This document shows positions 19,200 through 28,693 of a stretch of 64,000 bases of DNA, piece after piece. The DNA is taken from NCBI GenBank assembly GCA_004431415.1, contig QPMI01000561.1, forward strand, positions 1 to 64,000, read 5' to 3'. Made by a program: the position numbers and the translations under genes. Below the pieces are notes generated by a model. That model was not told the DNA's origin, made no database searches, and was given only the letters and a program-made list of their open reading frames with translations. This stretch comes from Cyanophora paradoxa CCMP329. Its lineage: Eukaryota; Plantae; Glaucophyta. The stretch's first letter is position 1. Every line of letters begins with the position of its first letter.

Positions 19200-19939
19200 T
19201 TTTGCCGTGTAGGGCCCCGTTGGGGGTGCGTTCGTGCACCTTTCCCCTTTCTGTGTGCCCTTGTTGAGAAATGGAAGCCGGGAAGAAGGTTGAGTGTGAC
19301 ATCGAGTCCGGCCAGGCCCCGGAAGTGACGGCGGTAAACACGCCGAACCTCCGCGGTCGCCAGCAGCGGGGTCAAGAATTGAATGAATCCAAGGGACCCA
19401 CCAGAGAGAATATCATCAAGGCCTGGAGATCAGAGAGATGATGTGTGAGAGAGATCAGCAATCAAGAGAGCTAGGCAAGATTGGTGCACCAGCAAAAGGG
19501 ATGACTGCATTCTCCAGAGAGCTGTTCAAGTCTGCTGAAAGGTGAGCAAAAGATCAAGGTCAAATCAAAATTGGTGGATAATCAGCACCGCTCAAGTCAA
19601 AGGAGCGGTCTGTAAGAGTGCAGCAGCAATAAGAGCGCTTCAGAATCATTAAAGAAGCAATCACATGCACCCTGGGAAAGGCCGGGCTCCATGGTGGGGG
19701 TGGGCATAGCGCGAGCACCTGTGCAGATGCAGATTTCAGCAGCAAATTGATGAAAATAAATACAGGGCCGCACTCAGATCACCATCCACCTGGCCAGGGG
19801 AGGCGAGGGGTGCGAGTACAAGGTCACGCAGGACATGGTCAGCAGGTGGATGAGCAAGTACACGCCGAGCCACGACAAGTGCAAGGCGGCCAGCGTGATC
19901 GCGGGGCTCTTCACGGGGATCACGATGGTCCCGCTCAGC

Positions 19940-20089
19940 GCCGACTTGCACGTCCCCGACGGTCGTGACGTGATCGACCGCATCCCAGTCCACGGTGGCA
20001 CCACCGCCGCCACCCGAGACGGTCCCGTTGATAGTGTTGGCCGTCAGCACATCGCAGGTGATGCTGTCGGCGAGGAGGGAGCGCGGCAT
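19940..20089 (-). pseudogene. N-terminal fragment of a fibre-like protein
   Basis: MPRSLLADSITCDVLTANTINGTVSGGGGG...VGDVQVG; can fuse in frame with the S74 fragment through TCGGCG. Confidence 0.45.
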
Positions 20090-20796
20090 CTTCTGTTAAG
20101 GGCCCGGGAATCTTTTTTGCCCGGGTAGATCGAGCACAGCACGAGGTTCTTCACGTGGTGCGGCAGCAGGTGGTTCGCGTGTATTGCCATGTGTATCAGG
20201 CCCGAAACCATGAGGCCTGGCGTTCCATAACGCCTCTTCCATTCTGGCCCAGCGACATCCTCTTCGTCTCGTACAACTACAAGGGGTGCCGTCGACGAGG
20301 CGGGGGCGGTTGCGCGTGACGTGGAGGGCGAGGTAGCGGAGGTCGATGCAGACGTCGCGCGCCGAGCCCGAGAGGCCCCGGGCGAACTGGAAGCCGGCCT
20401 TGATGCGGGCGGGGTAGGCCACGGAGCCGGTGAAGTGGGGGAGGGGCTCGTGCTCGTCCAGCAGCCGGTCAACGGGCGGGTCGTAGCTGGACTTGAAGAG
20501 GACGCTGCGGACCATGGCGGCAGCAAGCAGCACGCCGATGGTCTTGGGTGGAGACAGCTGGAGATTCCTGGGGCAGCAGTTGGGCTGCAGGCACACCCAG
20601 ATTGCCTCATCCCGCGTCGACTCGAGCAGGGTGACGACGGCCCGCTCCAGGGGCACCTCCTAGAGATCACCGAGGCCGAACACTCGCGCTGGCCGTCTTT
20701 GAGTCCGGCGATCATGCGAATCTCCGAGTGAACCTCCTCGGAGCCGGGCCGGGGGGCTACCCGGGTGACGATGACCTCTGTGAACGCGATCGGCAT
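20044..20796 (-). CDS. Hypothetical protein, frameshifted, GC-rich island
   Basis: ATG 20796 downstream of TATATAAA (20825-20832); protein-like text alternates between two frames. Confidence 0.4.
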   Translation of the reverse strand: MPIAFTEVIVTRVAPRPGSEEVHSEIRMIAGLKDGQRECSASVISRRCPWSGPSSPCSSRRGMRQSGCACSPTAAPGISSCLHPRPSACCLLPPWSAASSSSPATTRPLTGCWTSTSPSPTSPAPWPTPPASRPASSSPGASRARRATSASTSATSPSTSRATAPASSTAPLVVVRDEEDVAGPEWKRRYGTPGLMVSGLIHMAIHANHLLPHHVKNLVLCSIYPGKKDSRALNRRCRAPSSPTASPAMC

Positions 20797-20865
20797 GGCT
20801 GGTTTCCGGAAGGTGTCCGAGGGGTTTATATACTCCCGCCCGACCCTGATCCAGGATTCACGTGA

Positions 20866-21402
20866 TCCTTATCCAGGATCGGCGTAGGCGACAATGCTAC
20901 TCCAGACAACAACCAGGGAAACATCTACGTCACGAGCGACATCACCGGCTTTTCCGATGCGCGGCTCAAGCGGGATATCAACACCATCCCCGACGCGCTC
21001 GAGAAGGTTGGGGCGATGAGGGGCGTGTACTACAAGAGGCTGGCGGAGGGCTCCCCGACGCGCGTAGGCCTGATCGCGCAGGAGGTGCGAGAGGTCGTCC
21101 CAGAGGCCGTGGTTGATGTCGATGGGTACTTGTCGGTAACCTACCAGAACCTCGTCGGCCTGTTGATCGAGGCCGTCAAGGAGCTCAAGTCCCAGAACGA
21201 GTCCCTCTCAGCCCGTGTCCAGGCCCTCGAGTCAGCCGCTACCGGAGCGGAGAGCGACTGCAAACGCGTTTGCTACGATATCTCAACACCACCTGCTCAA
21301 ATCGATGCGCTTAAAACGTCATTACATCGAGCATTTCAAGGCGGTCACAGCGCTACTATCACATCTAGGACTTTCGATACCTGTGACTCCAAATCGCGAT
21401 GA
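20866..21402 (+). CDS. Peptidase S74 intramolecular-chaperone domain (fibre C-terminus), 5'-truncated
   Basis: GNIYVTSDITGFSDARLK, VGLIAQEV..VVPEAV, LSVTYQNLVGLLIEAVKEL; no in-frame ATG before the SDxRLK cleavage motif. Confidence 0.85.
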   Translation, partial: SLSRIGVGDNATPDNNQGNIYVTSDITGFSDARLKRDINTIPDALEKVGAMRGVYYKRLAEGSPTRVGLIAQEVREVVPEAVVDVDGYLSVTYQNLVGLLIEAVKELKSQNESLSARVQALESAATGAESDCKRVCYDISTPPAQIDALKTSLHRAFQGGHSATITSRTFDTCDSKSR

Positions 21403-22009
21403 AACCGATTTTGAATTTTGATTATAAATTCGATTAAAATCCATTAAACGCGAGGTTTTCATACAGATCACCAGGAAGTTATCAAATCGATACACCAACG
21501 ATTCAATATAATCACCAATATCATACATAACAATAAATTGCAATCACATCTACGAATCTCGATGTGTATACATCGCTATTACGATTAAACCGATTTTGAA
21601 AATTCAAAACTAATTCGATTAAATTCGATTATAACGAAATAGTTAAAGATCTACATCAAATACTAATCAATTCAATCAACTTATGATATCGAATAATCTC
21701 CCTGAGTATACTTCATCGATAATCGTGATTACATATGTGAAAACAGCAATCTAACACTGCATTTAGTAAGCATCTCCCCTTGATTCCCCCTATTATATTA
21801 TATTTATATTTAAGTGGACTCAAGGTTGACTCATATTAATCGTAAAAGTAGTAATAGTATATGGATTTTGTTACGAATTCAATGCAAGGGTTGACTAAGT
21901 GGGTTGAGTTGACTCAAATTTCACAGGAAATAACAATGAATCAGAGTATAAATGAATTTTTTGAATCAACTACACCAACTAACACTGATATTTTCAACAA
22001 TATATGAGG

Positions 22010-22315
22010 TCCTTACTGAATATGGTAAGTGTCACAGGTGTCACAGGTCTATCCCAAAGTTTTCTATAGCATACAAATGAACTCTCAAAAGTTTGGGATG
22101 GACCTGTGACACCTGTGACACCTGTGACACTCGATTATTTCATTTGTTTATTCAATTAGAATTACATAGATTAGATTGAGACTGAGTTTTTCATTATAAA
22201 AGAGATCCTTACTGAATATGGTAAGTGTCACAGGTGTCACAGGTCTATCCCAAAGTTTCTCCTATAAAGAGTAAATTTCCAAAAGTTTGGGATGGACCTG
22301 TGACACCTGTGACAC
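22010..22315. repeat. Tandem duplication (period about 196 bp), each unit an inverted GTGTCACAG iteron array
   Basis: GTGTCACAGGTGTCACAGGTCTATCCCAAA ... TTTGGGATGGACCTGTGACACCTGTGACAC occurs twice. Confidence 0.9.
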
Positions 22316-22568
22316 CCAATTATTCATCAAATTCCTAAGGGTCCCCCCTTAGACTCATTAAAACATGATAATAACATATCAATTTCATGTATAATTACGA
22401 TTGGATTCAATAAGAGATCTATTTGTTTTATTAAACAAATGAATCTTATATGGATCTTAATCGAGTTAAGCGATATGTTTACGATTAAATGAATTAAATT
22501 TAATTAAATTTAATCGAGAAAGTACATGAATATAATATCGATTAAATCAATTAACAAAAAGACCAATC

Positions 22569-22851
22569 ACACATAGTAAAATGCGGAGTTTTAACCAGAG
22601 GCAAGATCTAATTGAGATTCAGTTATATTATTCGGAATTTTATACAGATTATCGATAGACTCAGTAAGAATAATCGGAAAATAAGAGAAATTTACGATAA
22701 AATATCGAAAAGAATACAAAATAATCGAAATAATTGAATATTCGATAAGATATACACAGATTATCGATTGATTGAAATAGAATATACGAGATATATCAAC
22801 AAAATCAATTAAGATAAGCCGAGGGTTAAAACTCCGCATTTTACTATGTGT
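22569..22851. repeat. Perfect 28-bp inverted repeat pair at the AT/GC boundary
   Basis: ACACATAGTAAAATGCGGAGTTTTAACC (22569-22596) and its reverse complement (22824-22851); no TSD seen. Confidence 0.9.
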
Positions 22852-22930
22852 CCCTCGCGCGCTCGAATTCTTCGACCTGGATCGGAATATATATGAATGA
22901 GCTACCTTCGAATTCGGTTCGGCAGCTCTG

Positions 22931-23289
22931 ATGAGGTGGACGACGGCGCCGCCGCCCAAGAACCTCTACCCGAACGACGAGGGGCTGAACTACCGGATCG
23001 TGAAGCTCGCCGACGCCGAGCGCCTCTGGAAGGCGACCGTCATCATGGACCTGAAGTGGGCGGAGCAGACGCACACGCACAACCAGGTCCTCTCGTACTG
23101 CTGCCCGGTGCGCGCCGCGAGCTCGCGGTGTCCGCATGCGCCGTGCAAGGCGAGGCTGACCATGAGAGGTCGCCCACCGGCGTCGTGCAGGACGGCTACC
23201 GGGACCAGCACATGCGGTTCCATTACCAGGGCCTGAAAGAAGGATACCCCTCGGTCTCCATCCACACCGGTGCAGTTTTGAAAGAGTGA
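22931..23289 (+). pseudogene. Possible WRKY/FLYWCH-like Zn-finger fragment (transposase-derived?)
   Basis: YCCP..RC..CKARL followed, in another frame, by H..H; intronless. Confidence 0.3.
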
Positions 23290-24588
23290 TCCGAGCGCCC
23301 TCCCGCTCACGCTGTCTTTGCCGGCGCCAGGGGACGCGCCAGACCTCGCCTTGACGATAAGCCCCGACGGAACTCTTCGCGCCCTGCCCTGGTGCGCGAT
23401 CGCGAGAGCTTCGATAAATAATTATGAGAGATCCAGAGAGAACTTTCACGCCGAACTCGCATAAAAAAGAGAGCTTTTTTTGCCGTCGAATGCGTATCGC
23501 GCGGGCTTTATAATTAGCTTTCATGATGTGACGCCGCCGTCACGTCGACGTTATGATTGATTCGACGTCAACGTTGGCTATCATGACGCGGCCGCGGATC
23601 GCGCCCGCAGGAAGGAGGGCGCGGCGCCCGGCTTCCAGATCATCCCGGTCCCGCCTTCAGTCGGCCCCGCGAGGCTCGACGAGGAGGCGCAGCTGCAGTG
23701 CGGGGAGGAGGAGGTCGACCTGCTCGGGCTCGAGCTCGCCGCCGTGCGCCTGATCCCCGCCCGGCGCCTCGTTCTTGCTGCAGCCGACCTCGACGCCCCC
23801 GCCGCATTTCTGACGAGCGACGGTCTTCCGTCTTCGTCCCCCGCAACCGCAGGCGGAGGACGAGGCCGAGGCTGAGGCGGAAGCGGCTTTCGGATTCGTC
23901 GCGGACGCGCTCGCAGCTGCCGACTGTGTTCTCCCGGTGGTCTGACTTCCGCAGCGCGCGCCTTGGGCGCTTTCGTGGTGCAACACCCGCTCTTGAGGTC
24001 GAACCGTTTGTCATAGATTTCACTTCATCTTGCAATCCAGTGCTCCAAGGCTCCTGGTTAGTCCCTAGTCTAGTCCTCCAGCCCGCGCTGTACTTTCGAG
24101 CTGGCCATTCGCTTGACCAACGTTAATTTGAATTTTCTTCTAGTACTAGCGCTGCTGTCAAATCCTTCATCTTGCCATGATGCATCATTTTCTTTAATTT
24201 CGTGCTAATCAATTTTTCTTGGGTTAGCAACCGATTTAAATTGGCGGGAATTTGAAGCTTAAGAAAGCATGCGCATGTATGCGCGCGTGAGCCGCGGGTG
24301 AGTTGAGCTTTTGATCAAGTAGGGTCCTGGCCATGGTGGCCAAATGTATAGCCTGCGCGGTTCATGATCAACTACTTATTTAAATTTGTACGAATTACCG
24401 AAGGAGGCTTGAGGTGAGAGTAGGATGCAGGGAGCGCAAGCCAACCTCAGCTTAAGCTGCAGGCTCGAGCTCACAGATATTGAGATTGAGACACAGAAGA
24501 CTAGATGCCTTGCCTTTTTCGCACTGCAATGAAACAAAGAGGGACCAACGGCGACGAGCTGCGGGAGCTGCTACGAGGCGCCAGCTAG

Positions 24589-27500
24589 CTACTCGTCGGC
24601 CTCTGCCGCCCCTCCTGCGGCGGCCTCGGCCTCGCCAGCCGCAGGGGCCGCCGCGGCCGCCTGCCCCCCGCCCGCCCCCGACCCCTTCCCCTTCTTTTTC
24701 TTCTTCTTCCCCGCCGCCGCCGCCGCCGCCGTTGCTGTCGCCGTTGCCGCTGCGGGGGCGGTACCCCCGGGCCGTCGGCGCCGCCGGCGAGCTGCTGGGC
24801 GAGCTCCCGCGCGGCGCCCCGCGCCTTCGCCTCCCACTCCGCCGCGTACCCCTCCGCCAGCTGCCCCGCCGCCGCCGTCGGCGTCGCGGGGGTGCCGACG
24901 CCGGCGCCGCTGCTGCGGGGGCCGGGGCCGGGCCGGGGCCGGGGCCGGGGCGGGGGAGGCGGGGTCCTCGCCGCCGCTCTCGTCGCTGACGGGGCGGGGC
25001 CCCGAGCCGCCCTCGCCGGCCGTCACGCGCGGCAGCAGCCCGCCCCGCGACGCCGGCGGCGTCCGGGGCGCCCCGAGGGCCGCCGGCGGGGGCGGCCCCG
25101 GGCTGGGGTACGAGGGCGGGGCGCCCTGGAAGGAGCGGGGGTGCCCAGCAGGAAGCGGGCGACCTCGGCGCGCGCCCGCTCCAGCTCCTCCCGCAGCTCC
25201 TCGATCTGGCCCTGCAGGCGGCGGCGCGCCCCGTCAGCACAGCCGCCGCAGGCTCGAGCGCGGGCGGCGCCGCCCGGCGGACCTCGGCGGCGCGGCGGTC
25301 GGCGCGGGCGATGGCGACGGCCTCGCGGTACTCGGCGTCCCGCATCCGCAGGTGCTCCGCCAGCTGCAGGCTCGACTCCGCCGCCTGCCGCCCCCGCCCG
25401 TCAGGCCCCCGCGCCGGGCCCCGCCTGCGCCGGACCCCCGGCGCGCCTCGTGGGAGCGGAAGACCTCGCGATCCTTCTCCAGCACCTCCCGCTCGAGCTC
25501 GGCCACGCGCCCCTGCGCCGCCGCCAGCTCCGCCCCGAGCCGCCCCGCCTCCGCGCGCGCCGCCTCCGCCTCCGCCCGGGCCGCCTTCTGCCCGGCCTGC
25601 AGGGCGTCCAGCTCCCGCCAGAGGCGCTCGGTGTCCCGGTTGTAGTCGGCGAGCATCCCCTCCCGCTCCCGCCGCGCCGCCCCCGCCGCCTCCTCCGCCT
25701 CCGCGCGCGCCCGCTCCGCCGCCGCCAGCCGCGCCCGCATCTCGTCCCGCTCCGCCACTGCCTCCTCCGACTGCACCACCGCCAGCGCCTGCCGTTGCCG
25801 CCCGGGCCGGTCAGGCGGGCGGGCGGCGGCGGCGGGGCAGGGCGCACGTGCTGCTTGAGGCGCTCGCACTCGCCGCGGACGATGCGGAGGCCCTCCTTCA
25901 GCTGCCCGATGGTCCCCTCCTTCTCCTCGCACGCCCGCTGCCCCACCGCACCCCGCGCACGTCAGCCGGCGCCGCGCCGTCGCGCCCGGCGCGGGCGGGC
26001 GGGCGCGGGCGGGGCTCGCCTGCAGGGCCGCGCGGTCGTCCAGCAGCACCTCCACCCGCACCTGCGCGACCCGGCGCTCGACGAGGCAGGCGGGAGGCAG
26101 GTTGCGGGGCGGGAGAGGGCGACGGGGGGCGGCGGGCCTGGAGCTGGCCGACGACGGACTCGTCGCCGGAGCGGAGCTCGTCGAGGGCGCCCCGCAGCCG
26201 CGCCCGCTCCTTTTCGCTCGCGTCCAGCTTCACCTGCCCGCCCGCCCCCGACCCGACCCGGCTCGGGCCCCGGAGGGGCACGCGGGGCGGGGCGGGGCGG
26301 GGCGGACGCGGAGCTCGGCGGCGGCGCGGGACTCGCGGGCGAGGCGGGAGCGCTCCTCGGCGAGCTCCTCCAGCAGCCGAACCTGCGGCGCCGCACCGGC
26401 TCGCCCTCTCCGACGGGCCGGGCCGGGCGGGACGGGGGCGAGGCGCGGGAGGCGGACCCGCTCGCCGTCGGCGTGCTCGAACTTCTGCTGCAGCTCCCGC
26501 GCGAGCGCGCCCGCCCCTCCCCGCCCGCCCGCCCCGGCCCCGCCGCGCCGCCGCCGCCCCGCCGGCCCCGTCCGCCCGCAGCGCCACCAGGTCGGCCTCC
26601 GCCTTCGCCTTGCCGGCCCGCAGCTTCTCCATCTACGCCGGAGCTGAGGGGGCAGCCGCGGGGCGCGCTCGGCGGGGCGCGGGGCGGGCCTCCTTGGAGA
26701 GGGAGAGCTGCTTGCGGCGCGAGGCCTCCGCCTCCGCCCGCGCCTCGTCCAGCTGCGCCTGCGCGGGGGAGGGGGACGGTGTGGGGCGGGGTACGGGCTC
26801 CCGGGAGGGTCGGGAGGGGACCTTCCAGGCCTCGGCCTCGGCGCGGGCGGCCTCGACGGTCGCGCGCGCCTCCTGGCCCCTCCGCTCCGCCTCCCCCACC
26901 TGCGCCGGCCCCGCTTCGCCGGCCGTACGGGGGTACCCAGGAGGGGTGCGGGGTACCTGGTCGCGCATCGCCCACCACTTGCGCTGGGCGTCAGCCACCT
27001 GCGGGGGCGGGCGGGGCAGGGAGGGGAATGTCAGGCGCCAGGGAGGAGAGGGGGGCGGGGGGCGGCGGGAGGTGGGCGGCGGGCCTCATTGGCGAGGCGG
27101 GAGACGGCGCGGGCGGCGGCGCCCTGCGAGGAGGCGACGGAGGCGCGCATCTCGTCGAGGGTCGCCCGGCTCGCCTCGACGAGCACGCGGTGCGCGCGCC
27201 GCAGCCGCCGGCACTCCCCCGCCACCCGCCCCGCGTAGTCCCGCACGCTCCGGTGCTGCACGGCGGTCGATCTCGGGAGGAGAACGGGGGCGGGCTTCGA
27301 GGAGAGACGGAGGGGGCACCTGCAGGACGAGCTGGATCCAGCGGTGGAAGATCTGCCGCGGCGCGGCGCGCCCCGTCGCTCGCTCGCGCTCCCCGGCCGC
27401 GGGGCGGGGCGCAGCAGGCTCGGGCGGGGCCCCTCCCGCACCTCGAGCTCGACAGAGGCCATCTCGTCCGAGACGCGCACGGCGATCCCCTGCAGCATCT

Positions 27501-28146
27501 GCCCCCGCACGCCCGCTCTCACTCGGCAGGCGGCCCAGCGCGGCGGGGCCGGGGGCGCGGGAGGCGGGGCGGCACCTTCTTCTTCTGCTCCTCCTCCTTG
27601 CGCGCGCCCGACGTGAGCATGTCCATCCCGACGCTCTTCAGCAGCGCGAACGGAGACTCGGCGCCGCCGGCCGAGCACGCCGTCGATGCCTGCCGGGAGG
27701 CGGGCGGGGCGTCGGGGCGAGGCGCGCGGGGCCGCCGAGCGCTTCCCGCACCTCCGGCGAGGATTCCGGCTTCAGGCCCGCCGTGCTGACGAAGTTCGAG
27801 AAGAGGTGCTCCTGCGGGCACGCCCGTCACCCGCGCGCCCCGGCTCCGAGCGGACCGAGGCGTACGATGCGAGACAGCGACTCCTCTAGGAACGTGATGT
27901 CCGGGTCACCTCGCGGCGTCGTCAGCATCAGCTGCGGCGCCGTGTCAGGGGGCCGTTGAGCGCTCGAGCGCCGGCTCTGAGCGCTACATTGGCGACGAGG
28001 CGCTAGGCGGCGTGACGCATGCATTCGAATCTAAGTAGTGCGTGCGTGCGAGCGGCGGCGGCGGCAGCGGAGGCGGCCAAGACGAGGATGGGTCGAAGGC
28101 GGACCTCCTGGACGCGCGAGACGAAGGGCGACCTCGCTCCCTCCAT
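24589..28146 (-). CDS. Multi-exon host coiled-coil protein (ends approximate)
   Basis: A/E/R-rich heptad exons (e.g. ARAEAEAARAEAGRLGAELAAAQGRVAELERE) separated by short CCCCG-rich introns. Confidence 0.6.
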
Positions 28147-28693
28147 TCGAAGTTGTGTTAATCCTGCTGTTAATCCCGCTGCGACCGCCCTCTCCCGCGT
28201 GCTGGCTGCGTTGAGCTAAACTTCAGTTTGAGCGCGGGCAGCCGAGTTCGGCGAAGGGCTTTGTACGAACGCGGTGGGCTTAGAGGACGGTCCTCGCTGC
28301 CCGCCAGCTTGCTTTCTCGCTCTGCTACGTTGCGAATGAAGTCTGCCGTACCCCCAGAATCCCCAGAATGCCAGTTCGGTGCAGGCAGATAGCAGATGCA
28401 CCGGCGATGTTAGTACTTCCTCTTTAGTGCGCCAAGTGCGCATATCACAGGCACGATGAGCGGTGTGCCTGCTACGCGGAAGGTGTCCCTGGTCAGCCAA
28501 GGAGGCGATCACCTTCCGCGCCTGGGATCAAAGCCGAATGTCGTCGGCACCCTACAAGGACCCGGAGCTGGTAAGCTTCGCCATGCCTGCTTTCCATGAC
28601 CCTTGAGCGTGACCTACTGCTCCAGCGCCCCGTCCGGTCGCTGGCTCGGTTGCGGGAGCATCCATACGTAGCCCGACGGCCGCGCTGGATGCC

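Larger units (their letters stand above)
1..22851. mobile_element. Endogenous Polinton-like virus (left end outside window; right end uncertain, between 17.7 kb and 22.85 kb)
   Basis: Intronless, compact AT-rich block encoding MCP, two mCPs, packaging ATPase, D5 primase-helicase, PolB and rve integrase, inside a GC-rich intron-dense host. The iteron motif at 9.1 kb recurs at 22.0-22.3 kb. AT-rich composition ends abruptly at 22851. Confidence 0.85.

Noticed and set aside
22010-22315. Possible CRISPR array
   Set aside because: Only two units, inverted-arm architecture, eukaryotic context, no cas genes.
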